This document shows positions 17,660-28,814 of a DNA stretch of 64,000 nt, piece after piece. Position 1 is the stretch's first letter; every line of letters begins with the position of its first letter. This DNA is from Clostridia bacterium. GTDB taxonomy: Bacteria; Bacillota; Clostridia; Christensenellales; Aristaeellaceae. The notes beneath the pieces are model-generated. The model was not told where the DNA came from. It was given only the letters and a program-made list of their open reading frames with translations, and made no database searches. The position numbers and the translations under genes were made by a program. The stretch covers positions 12,782-76,781 of the forward strand of contig JAFYDF010000017.1 in the NCBI GenBank assembly GCA_017544935.1. The letters are read 5' to 3'.

Positions 17660-19582
17660 TTACTGCCCATCTAGCTGTGCCCATTCGGTATACAGCGCAT
17701 CAATGCGTTCGGTTAACTCAGCTTTTTCTGATTCCAGTTCACCAAGACGAATATAATCGCTGGCAAACTCGGCTGTCTGTGCATCCAGAGCTTCCACTTG
17801 TTGCTCAAGCTTTGCAATTTCGCGTTCAATAACTCCCATCCGGCGCTCGATACGCACGTCGCGGCGGCCGCTGGGCCGCTGGGCAGCGCGTTCAGCCTTT
17901 TCAGCCTTTTCAGTCGCGTGCCGGGCTGCCTTTTCCTGTTCAAACTGTTGCTGCCGTGCTTCTTCTTCCCGTTCACGGATGAAACGGTACTTTTCATAAC
18001 CACATTCATAACAGCGTAGCGTGCCATCATTCAGTTCCCAGATGCGCGTGGCAAAACGCTTGACAAAATATCGGTCATGAGAAACGATGAGCAATGTTCC
18101 TTCAAACTGATCAACTGCCGATTCAATCCATTCGCGTGAATCGAGGTCAAGATGGTTGGTTGGTTCGTCCAAAATCAGCATATTTACAGCGCTGTTCATC
18201 AGCAGACAGAGCTTGAGTCGGGCACGTTCGCCGCCAGAAAGCTGTTCAACCCGTTTGAACTGGTCTTCACCACGGAAGCGGTAGGCACCCAGGCGGTCGC
18301 GAGCCTGTTGTGGCTCACAATTGAGTTCATACAGAAGGGTGTCATATAATGTGCGTTCAGGGTGCTCAAATATGATTTGCTGAGGGAGATAGGCGGCACG
18401 GACAGAGGGGCCAAACTGGACAGATCCTGCATCTGGGACTTCTTCACCCAGCAGGATACGCAACATGGTAGTTTTACCAGCACCGTTTGCACCGAGTAAC
18501 GCAACACGTTCTCCACCGCCACGGATGGTCTCTGTTACATTACTGAACAGCGTACGGCTACCATAAGATTTGCTTAAATCACGAATACGCAGCGCATAGT
18601 CTGCGCGGAAGGGGACAGTAGAAAAACCAAGTGCAAGACGCTCCTCACGGGTGGGCTTTTCTGTTTGACGGAGCCATTCGATGCGCCGTTCCATAGCCTG
18701 GGCGCGTTTGTGCAGTGCGGGATTGTCATAGGCCTGTGCCCACGTGTGCATGCGGCTGACCGTATGCTGGAGCTGGGCGATCTTTGCCTGTTCTTTTTCA
18801 TATTGCTTGAGTTGAAGCTTATAGCGAGCTTCTTTTTCCTGAACATAGAAACTGTAGTTGCCGCTGTAGAATTCCACCCCGCCGTGATCAAGCTCAACGA
18901 TACGGGTCACAGTACGATCGAGAAAATAACGGTCATGCGATACGGCAAGTACGGTTCCTTTGTAGTGGCTGATATATTTTTCCAGCCACTCGATGGAATC
19001 CATGTCCAGATGGTTTGTAGGTTCATCCAGAAGCAGAATATCGGTTTCCCGCAGGATCATCACGGCCAGCCGTATGCGAGTCTGTTCTCCGCCAGACAAG
19101 GAAGAGAATGGTTGCCTGCGCTGCTCAGGAGAGATATGGAGACCGTTAGCAACCTTGCTTAAGCGTGTTTCATAATCGTATCCGCCCATCAGGTCGAAAC
19201 GGTTTGTAAGATCATCATACCGGCGCAGCAGGGCTACGTCCTGTTCACCAGCATCCATGCGCTTGTGTATGGTTTCCAGCTCACGTGAAAGCTGCGCGAT
19301 CTCTGAAAACGCCATACGCAGAACATCTTCGACAATTGCGCCTTCAGGGACTTCGGCCAACTGAGAGATATACCCGACACGCCGTCCCTGTGGTATGGCG
19401 ATAAAGCCTTTGTCCGCGGAGAGCTCACCTGTCATAATACGCAGAAGGGTCGTTTTCCCAGCGCCGTTAGGGCCCAGCAGGCCTACGCGTTCGCCCGCCT
19501 CTACCTGAAAGGAGACGTTATCCAGTACAACGCGATCCTGCTCAAATGATTTTTCGATGCCCGAAACGATAATTTCTGCCAT
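17660..19582 (-). CDS. ABC-F family ATPase (two ABC cassettes, C-terminal coiled-coil extension)
   Basis: Walker A GPNGAGKTT and GANGAGKTT, signatures LSGGEQTR and LSGGERAR. No TM domain. Charged coiled-coil tail as in Uup-like ABC-F proteins. Confidence 0.9.
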   Translation of the reverse strand: MAEIIVSGIEKSFEQDRVVLDNVSFQVEAGERVGLLGPNGAGKTTLLRIMTGELSADKGFIAIPQGRRVGYISQLAEVPEGAIVEDVLRMAFSEIAQLSRELETIHKRMDAGEQDVALLRRYDDLTNRFDLMGGYDYETRLSKVANGLHISPEQRRQPFSSLSGGEQTRIRLAVMILRETDILLLDEPTNHLDMDSIEWLEKYISHYKGTVLAVSHDRYFLDRTVTRIVELDHGGVEFYSGNYSFYVQEKEARYKLQLKQYEKEQAKIAQLQHTVSRMHTWAQAYDNPALHKRAQAMERRIEWLRQTEKPTREERLALGFSTVPFRADYALRIRDLSKSYGSRTLFSNVTETIRGGGERVALLGANGAGKTTMLRILLGEEVPDAGSVQFGPSVRAAYLPQQIIFEHPERTLYDTLLYELNCEPQQARDRLGAYRFRGEDQFKRVEQLSGGERARLKLCLLMNSAVNMLILDEPTNHLDLDSREWIESAVDQFEGTLLIVSHDRYFVKRFATRIWELNDGTLRCYECGYEKYRFIREREEEARQQQFEQEKAARHATEKAEKAERAAQRPSGRRDVRIERRMGVIEREIAKLEQQVEALDAQTAEFASDYIRLGELESEKAELTERIDALYTEWAQLDGQ

Positions 19583-19611
19583 GGTGCCCCCGTGCGTTGT
19601 TTATTCAAATT

Positions 19612-19640
19612 ATTATAGCATATATCCATCTATATGACAA
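19612..19640 (-). promoter_or_regulatory. Sigma-70-type promoter of the ABC-F operon
   Basis: Minus strand TTGTCA (19640-19635), 17 nt, TATAAT (19617-19612). Confidence 0.55.
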
Positions 19641-19690
19641 TTGCATGCTGGGTAGAGACAGCGATTGCAGTGTTAGCATACAGTGATTAG

Positions 19691-21262
<1,572 letters not shown>

Positions 21263-21274
21263 TAACAGGTAATT

Positions 21275-21304
21275 AAAAAGCGCCGCGAAAGCGGCGCTTG
21301 TTTT
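21275..21304. terminator. Bidirectional rho-independent terminator between guaB and the YegP-like gene
   Basis: AAAAAGCGCCGCgaaaGCGGCGCTTGTTTT, with A-run and T-run flanks, between convergent genes. Confidence 0.8.
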
Positions 21305-21316
21305 AGGTAATGATAC

Positions 21317-21688
21317 TTATTCCTTTACTTTGATATCTGCATCAGCCGCGTTCTTGCGAACACTTTCAATGCCATTCAGGCATCCGGGCTTTGCGGTATA
21401 GCCTTCAGAAACGGCAATGATCTGACCGTTGGTGGCCTTGAGACGGAAACGGTATTCACCGCCCTTATCCAAATAGATCTCAAACTTGGGGCAACGGGCT
21501 GTCACAACGGGTTCTACGGTCTTATCTTCCACATTGGCGATGGGTGCATTGCGACGTACGCTGGCAATGCCCTTTTTGCAGGAAGCATCAGATTTGTAAA
21601 CTTCGCTCGTGGCGATGACTTCGTGATTGCCTGCAACCAAGTCAAATTTGACACCGGTATTGGTCTTTTTGAATACGAAATAGCCCAT
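21317..21688 (-). CDS. YegP/DUF1508-family protein (tandem repeat)
   Basis: Two repeats of the motif …GEYRFRLKATNGQIIAVSEGYTAKPGCLNGIESVRKNA… and FDLVAGNHEVIATSEVYKSDASCKKGIASVRRNA. Confidence 0.85.
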   Translation of the reverse strand: MGYFVFKKTNTGVKFDLVAGNHEVIATSEVYKSDASCKKGIASVRRNAPIANVEDKTVEPVVTARCPKFEIYLDKGGEYRFRLKATNGQIIAVSEGYTAKPGCLNGIESVRKNAADADIKVKE

Positions 21689-21863
21689 AATAATGCACCT
21701 CACTCAGTTTTTGTTGATTTCATTATAGCATTATTTCGTAGCGTGTCAAGAAAAAGAGGGTAAAAAGATGCAGCTTTCTTCTGCTTTTTTTACCTAAAAC
21801 CCCTCTTTTTTGTATGCTGAGCACGAAAAGCATGCTATACTATTCATGGAGGATGTGAATGGA

Positions 21864-22646
21864 ATGAAGAGAGAAGAAATTGCTGGAAACCAAGATACAG
21901 GCTTGCTGAAAATAATAGCAATGGTCTGTATGATCATAGATCATGTTGGTGCCAGAATATTTCCTCAAATCGGAGAGCTGCGCGTGATTGGCCGTATTGC
22001 TTTTCCACTATATATCTGGTGCATGGCAGTAGGAGCATCTTATACGAGCAATCCAGTGCGCTATGCGCTGCGTCTGCTGTTGGTAGGATTGATCGCACAA
22101 CCCTTCTTTATGCTTGGACTGAGTCACTCGTGGTCGCAATGGAATGTATTTGCGACTCTGTTTCTTGGATATCTCGGCATTCTTGGTATCCGTACCAATC
22201 GTTATGGAAGCCGTGTATGGGCACCTTTATTCGTCCTACTGATTCCGTGTTTTGTATCAATGGATTATGGCTGGCGAGGCGTACTGCTTGTTATGCTGAT
22301 GTATCTGGCGAGAAAAAGCAAGGGTACTATTCTGGCTGTAATGATTCCCTACTGCATGTTCTGGGGGAGCAATACTTATACTGTGCAGAGGCTGTTTGGA
22401 ATTGAACTAGCAAGCCTGTCTATATTCAAGCTTGATCTATTTAAGCCATTCTTGCGTATACAGGCAATGGCGATTCTTTCTCTGCCATTGATCCTATGGC
22501 CGCGCCGTGAGCGTACGGCGTTTCCTAAAGTACTGGCATATTCTGTATATCCGGCACACCTTGCGGTGCTGTGGCTTGTACAGATGCAGATGGGGCTTAT
22601 GAGTAAAGGATTGAGCATGCATCTCCTGATGCCATGGTGGAAATAA
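21864..22646 (+). CDS. TraX-family membrane protein
   Basis: LKIIAMVCMIIDHVG N-terminal signature. Multi-pass membrane protein. ATG 10 nt after GGAGGA. Confidence 0.75.
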   Translation: MKREEIAGNQDTGLLKIIAMVCMIIDHVGARIFPQIGELRVIGRIAFPLYIWCMAVGASYTSNPVRYALRLLLVGLIAQPFFMLGLSHSWSQWNVFATLFLGYLGILGIRTNRYGSRVWAPLFVLLIPCFVSMDYGWRGVLLVMLMYLARKSKGTILAVMIPYCMFWGSNTYTVQRLFGIELASLSIFKLDLFKPFLRIQAMAILSLPLILWPRRERTAFPKVLAYSVYPAHLAVLWLVQMQMGLMSKGLSMHLLMPWWK

Positions 22647-22711
22647 GTTGTAATTTTCTGATGGTTGTGATATAATTCTTCTGTTGCACATTTCTTTTTT
22701 GGAGGGAACGC

Positions 22712-25132
22712 ATGCCGACGACTGTATTTGACAAAGAATCGATTAAACGGTCTATTGTTGGTAAAATTCAACGTTATAATGGACGTACGCTGGAAGATGC
22801 GACTGAACAGCAGATCTATCAGGCGGTGGCTTCAACCATCCGTGACCAGATCATGCAGAAGTGGGTTGCAGCCCGCGAACGTGATAAGACATATATGGGC
22901 AAACGTCTCTATTATCTGTCTGTGGAATTCCTTACGGGACGCAGCTTACACTGTAATGCCGTGAATCTCTGCAGCATGGATAATGTACGTGCTGCACTGA
23001 ACGAACTGGGCATCAACTGGCGTCATATTATCCGTGAAGAGCCGGAACCCGGACTGGGTAATGGCGGCCTTGGACGCCTTGCAGCCTGTTTCATGGATAG
23101 CCTTGCTTCTCTTGAAATGCCGGCTATGGGCTGCACGATCCGTTATGAATACGGCCTATTCCGCCAGCGCATTATTGACGGTCAGCAGGCTGAGATGCCT
23201 GATAACTGGCTCGAGAATGGCAATGTCTGGGAAGTTGTTGCTCCGGATGACACGATGGAGGTTCATTTTGGAGGCCGGGTGGAAACGGTAGAGGAAAATG
23301 GCCGCATGAGCTTCTATCTGCGTGACTCACATACCGTTCTGGCTGTACCTTATGACATGCCGATAGCAGGATATGACTGTGATACAGTTAATACGTTGCG
23401 CATGTGGCGTGCCCGCAGCCCGCGTGAGCTGGATCTGAACGCTTTTTCCAGCGGCGATTACGGGAAAGCTCTTGAACAGGACCTGGCTGCCATTATCAGC
23501 AAGGTCCTATACCCGGAAGACAACCATGCAGAAGGTAAGCGACTGCGCCTGACCCAGCATTACTTTTTCACAAGTGCCACACTGCAATACGCCATCAAGG
23601 ACTTCAAACGCCGCTTCGGGACGCGCTTCCAGTTGTTGCCGGATAAGATTGCAGTACAGATCAATGATACACATCCTGGTCTTGCGATTCCGGAACTGAT
23701 GCGCATTCTGATGGACGAAGAAGGATTGGGCTGGGAAGAAGCGCAATCGATCGTTTGCCGTACAGTGGCGTATACGAATCATACAGTCATGAGCGAAGCA
23801 CTGGAAAAATGGCCTGAACAGATGGTCAAGGAACAGCTGCCGCGCATTTATATGATTCTAGAAGAAATGAACCGTCGTCTGTGCGAACGCCTCTGGAATG
23901 CATTCCCCGGCGACTGGGATAAAATTGCCCATATGGCTATTCTTGCCTACGGACAAGTGCATATGGCAAATCTGTGCGTTGCTATGTGCTATGCCGTTAA
24001 TGGTGTAAGTAAACTTCATGGTGATATTCTGAAGAATGTGACCTTCCATGACTATTATACCCTGATGCCGGATAAGTTCACCTATATTACAAACGGTATC
24101 ACGCATCGCCGCTGGTTGATGGCCTGCAACACAAGGCTGAGTTCCCTGATTACTGACGCAATCGGCGATAAGTGGTATAAGGAACCGGAACGTCTTGAGG
24201 AGCTGACTCCTTTTGCGGACGATGCTGCGTTCCGCGAAAAATTCCAGCAGGTAAAGCAGTTCAACAAGCACCAGTTTAATCATTTGCTTGAGCAGCGTCA
24301 GAACATGCAGGCTGAGGAAGACTTCATGTTTGATGCACAGTGCAAGCGTCTGCATGAGTATAAGCGCCAGCTGTTGAATGCCTTGCATATTCATGTGCTG
24401 TATAACAGAATCATGGACGATCCAAACTTCACCATGACACCACGTGTATTCATCTTTGCGGCGAAGGCAAGCCCTGGATATTACAAAGCAAAGCTGATTA
24501 TCCGCTATATTCTTGCTCTGTCAAAGCTGATTGACCGCTCACCGCGGGCACGCAAGATGCTGCGTATCATCTTTGTGGAGAATTATGATGTATCTGCTGC
24601 TGAGGCTATCATGCCTGCTTCTGAACTTTCCGAACAGTTGTCTACTGCTGGCAAGGAAGCAAGCGGTACCGGCAATATGAAGTTCATGATGAACGGCGCG
24701 GTGACGATTGGCACCATGGATGGCGCTAACGTCGAAATCAGTGAACAGGTCGGAATGGACAATATCTACATCTTCGGCATGCGTGCAGATACTGCTGCTG
24801 CTTTGGAGATTGCCGGGGGGTATAACCCCATGACGATCTTTGAACACAATGCGGAGGTGCGTCGTGCGTTGACACAGATGATCGACGGTACGGTGATGCC
24901 GGATGCACCTACAGCGTTGCAGGCGCTATATCATGACCTGTTGTTTGATGACAGATATTTCGTGCTCAAGGACTTCGGCAGCTATTCTATGGCGCAGCGC
25001 CGTGTGGATGCTGACTATCAGGATCGCGAAAAATGGCTGCGGATGGCAATCATCAATACGGCAAAGTCGGGCGTATTTGCCTCTGACCGTACGATCCGCG
25101 AATATAACGATAAGATCTGGCATCTTAAGTAA
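22712..25132 (+). CDS. glgP: Glycogen/starch/alpha-glucan phosphorylase
   Basis: 806 aa. GLGNGGLGRLAACF. PLP-lysine region EASGTGNMKFMMNGA. Confidence 0.95.
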   Translation: MPTTVFDKESIKRSIVGKIQRYNGRTLEDATEQQIYQAVASTIRDQIMQKWVAARERDKTYMGKRLYYLSVEFLTGRSLHCNAVNLCSMDNVRAALNELGINWRHIIREEPEPGLGNGGLGRLAACFMDSLASLEMPAMGCTIRYEYGLFRQRIIDGQQAEMPDNWLENGNVWEVVAPDDTMEVHFGGRVETVEENGRMSFYLRDSHTVLAVPYDMPIAGYDCDTVNTLRMWRARSPRELDLNAFSSGDYGKALEQDLAAIISKVLYPEDNHAEGKRLRLTQHYFFTSATLQYAIKDFKRRFGTRFQLLPDKIAVQINDTHPGLAIPELMRILMDEEGLGWEEAQSIVCRTVAYTNHTVMSEALEKWPEQMVKEQLPRIYMILEEMNRRLCERLWNAFPGDWDKIAHMAILAYGQVHMANLCVAMCYAVNGVSKLHGDILKNVTFHDYYTLMPDKFTYITNGITHRRWLMACNTRLSSLITDAIGDKWYKEPERLEELTPFADDAAFREKFQQVKQFNKHQFNHLLEQRQNMQAEEDFMFDAQCKRLHEYKRQLLNALHIHVLYNRIMDDPNFTMTPRVFIFAAKASPGYYKAKLIIRYILALSKLIDRSPRARKMLRIIFVENYDVSAAEAIMPASELSEQLSTAGKEASGTGNMKFMMNGAVTIGTMDGANVEISEQVGMDNIYIFGMRADTAAALEIAGGYNPMTIFEHNAEVRRALTQMIDGTVMPDAPTALQALYHDLLFDDRYFVLKDFGSYSMAQRRVDADYQDREKWLRMAIINTAKSGVFASDRTIREYNDKIWHLK

Positions 25133-25179
25133 AAATATCAAGCTGCAGCGGCTCCCCTTGCCGCGGCTGGTAAGATAAC

Positions 25180-25221
25180 GGTGAGTTCGAAACCATCCTC
25201 ACCTAAAACAAAACTAAGGAG
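25180..25221 (+). promoter_or_regulatory. preQ1-I riboswitch
   Basis: P1 stem GGTGAG/CTCACC with 12-nt loop TTCGAAACCATC, then the A-rich tail TAAAACAAAACTAAGGAG, which contains the queT Shine-Dalgarno sequence. Compare the Bacillus subtilis element AGAGGTTCTAGCTACACCCTCTATAAAAAACTAAGG. Confidence 0.8.
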
Positions 25222-25233
25222 CGTACCTCTAGA

Positions 25234-25722
25234 ATGAAACAAAATGATGCCAGGAAACTGGCAGTAGGCGGCGTAATCGCCGCCTTATATGTGGCACTGA
25301 CTTATATTGCTGCTGCGTTCGGACTGGCCAGCGGAGCGATTCAGGTGCGGTTGTCCGAAGCACTGACGATTCTTCCTGTATTTACCTCAACTGCAGTACC
25401 TGGGCTTACCGTTGGATGCGTTCTTGCAAATTTGCTGACAGGCTGCGCACCCTGGGACGTTGTATTCGGGTCTTTGGCTACATTGCTTGGTGCTGTTGGA
25501 ACACGGCTGCTGAAAAACAAGCCTTATTTTGCTTGGATTCCTCCCGTGGTAGCAAACGCGATAATTGTACCTTTTGTACTTCAGAAGGTATATGGCGTAG
25601 AAGATGCCTGGTGGTATTTGGCATTGACTGTCGGCGCCGGTGAAGTCATTGCATGCGGAATCCTTGGAATTCTGTTGTACCACTCGATTAAGAAGATTCC
25701 AAACTTGAAGAGCCTGTTGTAA
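25234..25722 (+). CDS. queT: Queuosine-precursor transporter QueT
   Basis: 162-aa membrane protein (…IAALYVALTYIAAAFGLASGAIQVRLSEALTILPVFT…), directly downstream of the preQ1 riboswitch. Confidence 0.85.
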   Translation: MKQNDARKLAVGGVIAALYVALTYIAAAFGLASGAIQVRLSEALTILPVFTSTAVPGLTVGCVLANLLTGCAPWDVVFGSLATLLGAVGTRLLKNKPYFAWIPPVVANAIIVPFVLQKVYGVEDAWWYLALTVGAGEVIACGILGILLYHSIKKIPNLKSLL

Positions 25723-25788
25723 TCCAAATCCAGTTTGTTTGCTGTTTGCGTTATTTCCGTAATGATCACATGAAAGGGGTGGGGGACA

Positions 25789-26454
25789 GTGCATGTATAC
25801 TATTGCAAGAAATGCAAGCAGGACAGCGTGTCGCCTATTTGTGAGCATTGCGGAATGCAGATTGCCTCACTTCGTCAGAATGAGCGCTTCAAGTGGTGTC
25901 ATATCCGTACCCCGCTTGGCGATACACCAACACTGCTCGGAGCATTAAAACTGCTAGCTCTATCAGTAATCGGACTGCTGCTGGCGATCTTTCTCGGTGA
26001 ACTGATTGTTTCACCCGATAAGAAGAACGCGATGATGATCATTTCGGCCAGCGGGCTTCTACCATGGTCATTGATTCTGTTTGCAGTCTGTGCTGCTGCC
26101 ATTTTGCTGGTACTGGGCCTGAGAGGACAGGAAGAATTGCATTTCGTCCTGGATAGTCGCGGTGCACACTTACAGGTGTGGATCTCACCGACCAGGATCA
26201 AATGTCTGACACGCTTTGTTGCGTTTGATCGCTATAATCTGTCACAGGCGCCGGACGGGAATCTGCGTATGCTCGTGGATGAACAGCATCTGCTGTGGAA
26301 CGATGTCAGCCGTTGCGAGATCCGACGGCATGCAGGACGTATTGATCTGTATCGACCTGGCAGTTTCCGCTTTATGAGTTTGTATCCGGAAGTGGAAGAA
26401 ATGCAGTCCATAGAAGCATATCTTCAGCAGAATATGAAACATTTGGCACGCTAA
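25789..26454 (+). CDS. Zinc-ribbon membrane protein of unknown function
   Basis: GTG start after AAAGGGGTGGGGG. N-terminal CKKC…CEHC, two TM helices, soluble C-terminal domain. Confidence 0.55.
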   Translation: MHVYYCKKCKQDSVSPICEHCGMQIASLRQNERFKWCHIRTPLGDTPTLLGALKLLALSVIGLLLAIFLGELIVSPDKKNAMMIISASGLLPWSLILFAVCAAAILLVLGLRGQEELHFVLDSRGAHLQVWISPTRIKCLTRFVAFDRYNLSQAPDGNLRMLVDEQHLLWNDVSRCEIRRHAGRIDLYRPGSFRFMSLYPEVEEMQSIEAYLQQNMKHLAR

Positions 26455-26460
26455 TTGAAT

Positions 26461-26510
26461 AAGGAAAAGCGGCTTTCCAATCACAGATTAGATTGGAGAG
26501 CCGCTTCTTT
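26461..26510. terminator. Bidirectional terminator (16-bp stem)
   Basis: AAGCGGCTTTCCAATC (26467-26482) pairs with GATTGGAGAGCCGCTT (26491-26506). Lies between convergent genes. Confidence 0.75.
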
Positions 26511-26526
26511 AAATAAGCAGAAAAGG

Positions 26527-27558
26527 TTATCTGCTGCCTTGGTCGTATGGGATACCTTCGGCCTTCGGCGCGCGGGAACTCTTGGAGGTAAAAGATAGCA
26601 CAACCAAGGTGATCACATAGGGTAGCATACGATAGATGTTGGTATTGATGTTCAGATTCTTAAGAGCATATATACCGTCTCCATTAATATCCAATGTAGA
26701 ATAAGAGGCAGCAATACACTTGAAAAGACCGAACAGGAAAGCTGCACCGCAGATATTGCCTGGTTTCCAGTTGCCGAAAATCATTACAGCCAAGGCCAGA
26801 AAGCCGAATCCTGCTACTTCACCGTTGGCAGAGCAGTTTGCAGTGGTGAGGACGTATACAAAGCCACCCATACCTGCTAGTGCACCTGAAATAACGGTGC
26901 CGGCGTAGCGCATTTTGATTACGTTAATGCCCAGCGAAGCTGAAGCTTGAGGATTCTCACCGCAGGAGCGCAGACGCATTCCGAACCGTGTTTTGTAGAG
27001 AATAATAGCCATGATAATGAACACTATGATGCAGATATATGTAGCTACATATACTTTGTCAACAAACGTACTGCCTAGGAATCCCATCTTTTCAGTACGT
27101 CCATAGCCAAACATGGCCTTTTTCAGCATGAACCAACTGGCTGAGTCACCGGTATACATATTCAAGGTGTTCTGATTAGCAATAATGCGGATGAAGAACA
27201 ATACGAACGCAGGAGCCAACAGGTTCAGCGCAGTACCGCCGATTGTCTGGTCTGCCTTCAGGTTGATGGCAGCGAAGGCTAGCAAAAGACTGAAAACTGC
27301 GCCAAGTAGTGCTGAAAACAGTATTGCTAACATGCAGAACCCTTGCAGTGCCAGATAGTTTTTTGCATCATATGCTGACTGGAACCAACCCCATTGCTGT
27401 ACCATATGTACAAAGAGTACGCCCATGAAAGCACCGAAGATCATGATACCTTCTAGTGCTAGATTTATGATACCACTGCGCTCTGCGTATACGCCCGCAA
27501 GAGCTACAATCATAAGCGGTACCGCATAAACCAGAGTTTGACGAATCAGAAACGGCAT
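26527..27558 (-). CDS. ABC transporter permease (BMP/nucleoside-type importer)
   Basis: 343-aa polytopic protein. Its start overlaps the upstream permease stop. Part of the SBP-ATPase-permease-permease operon. Confidence 0.85.
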   Translation of the reverse strand: MPFLIRQTLVYAVPLMIVALAGVYAERSGIINLALEGIMIFGAFMGVLFVHMVQQWGWFQSAYDAKNYLALQGFCMLAILFSALLGAVFSLLLAFAAINLKADQTIGGTALNLLAPAFVLFFIRIIANQNTLNMYTGDSASWFMLKKAMFGYGRTEKMGFLGSTFVDKVYVATYICIIVFIIMAIILYKTRFGMRLRSCGENPQASASLGINVIKMRYAGTVISGALAGMGGFVYVLTTANCSANGEVAGFGFLALAVMIFGNWKPGNICGAAFLFGLFKCIAASYSTLDINGDGIYALKNLNINTNIYRMLPYVITLVVLSFTSKSSRAPKAEGIPYDQGSR

Positions 27559-28814
27559 TATCTGCTCACCGCCTTTCCTTTGCGCAGCTTGGCAATCCAG
27601 GTCTTGATTACCAGCATGAAGGCTGCCAGATAAACAATAACAGCAATGATCACGTTGGTAATATACTCATTATATGCTGTTAATTCGGTCAGCTTCTGGC
27701 CACATATCTGAAGCATAGACATGAACATAGCTGCGAACATTACACCAAGGGGATTGTTGATGGCCAGTAATGCCACGGGGATGCCGTTAAATCCTTCCGC
27801 TGGCAGAGATTGATAGGTGTTCCAAAAGAACTCAGTATTGCCGGACAGAAAGTATAGTGCTCCACCTGCTGCAGACAGTGCGCCGGCGATGGCCATTGTC
27901 AGAACAATGTTGCGCTTGTCCCGGATGCCAGCATAACGTGCAGCATAACGGTTTGCACCGCAGGCTTTCATTTGATAACCCAGAGTTGTTTTGGAAAGCA
28001 GGATATAGATTACAATAGCAATCAGAATTGCAACCAAAATACCAGCATTCACCTGACTACCGCTAAACAGTTTGTCAAGGCCCATCTTTGCGGTGGCTAC
28101 GCCTCCGCGGGTAGCTGTAACAGTTGCACCTTCCGGCACGGCTGCACCTACAGTGGAACGAACGCCTTCGATCACTACGTCATTTAGTACTGTTGAGGTC
28201 TTATAAACATATCCAGACTTTGTACCTTCCAGCATGTTTTTCAGGTTACTTACATCAAAAAACCAAGTCACTACGTTGGCGGCGATCCAGTTGGTCATGA
28301 TGCACGCAAGTACTTCATTGATGTTCAGAAACGCTTTTAGTAAACCAGGGATTGCACCCCACAGTGCGCCGCACAACATTCCGAACAAGAATGCAATGAG
28401 CCATACCAACCATGCGGGGAAAACGCTTGTTGGTAAAGTCAGTGCTACGTATAAACTACCAGCAGTACCCGCAAGATATTGGCCGGATGCACCGATGTTG
28501 AACAAACCTACTTTGTTGCCAAGAGCCACCGAAAGGCCGGTCATAATCAGCGGTACTGCACGGAAAAGCATATTGCCAAAGGAGGTAGGGTTAAAACCAA
28601 AGGTCAGCTTGCCGGCTGTATTGCGGCCGGTAGCAAACAGACCGCCCACCACCAGGCGGATGCCTTCCCATGCTCCTTTAATCCCCAGCGAGGGATTAGT
28701 CAGACCAACGATTACGATTACGATGCTGCCCACAAGCATGCCAATCAATATAGCTAGCAATGATGCTAACACCGAGCGAGTGGCTTCTTTATCTAAAAAT
28801 GATGCTTTATTCAT
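27558..28814 (-). CDS. ABC transporter permease (BMP/nucleoside-type importer)
   Basis: 418-aa polytopic protein. ATGA overlap with the ATPase gene stop. Confidence 0.85.
   Translation of the reverse strand: MNKASFLDKEATRSVLASLLAILIGMLVGSIVIVIVGLTNPSLGIKGAWEGIRLVVGGLFATGRNTAGKLTFGFNPTSFGNMLFRAVPLIMTGLSVALGNKVGLFNIGASGQYLAGTAGSLYVALTLPTSVFPAWLVWLIAFLFGMLCGALWGAIPGLLKAFLNINEVLACIMTNWIAANVVTWFFDVSNLKNMLEGTKSGYVYKTSTVLNDVVIEGVRSTVGAAVPEGATVTATRGGVATAKMGLDKLFSGSQVNAGILVAILIAIVIYILLSKTTLGYQMKACGANRYAARYAGIRDKRNIVLTMAIAGALSAAGGALYFLSGNTEFFWNTYQSLPAEGFNGIPVALLAINNPLGVMFAAMFMSMLQICGQKLTELTAYNEYITNVIIAVIVYLAAFMLVIKTWIAKLRKGKAVSR

Noticed and set aside
21810-21841. TTGTAT … TATACT as the traX promoter.
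   Set aside because: On recount the spacer is 20 nt, too long for a sigma-70 promoter.
25180-25203. GGTGAGTTCGAAACC looked like a tRNA T-arm.
   Set aside because: There are no acceptor, D or anticodon arms around it. It is the P1 stem-loop of the preQ1-I riboswitch.
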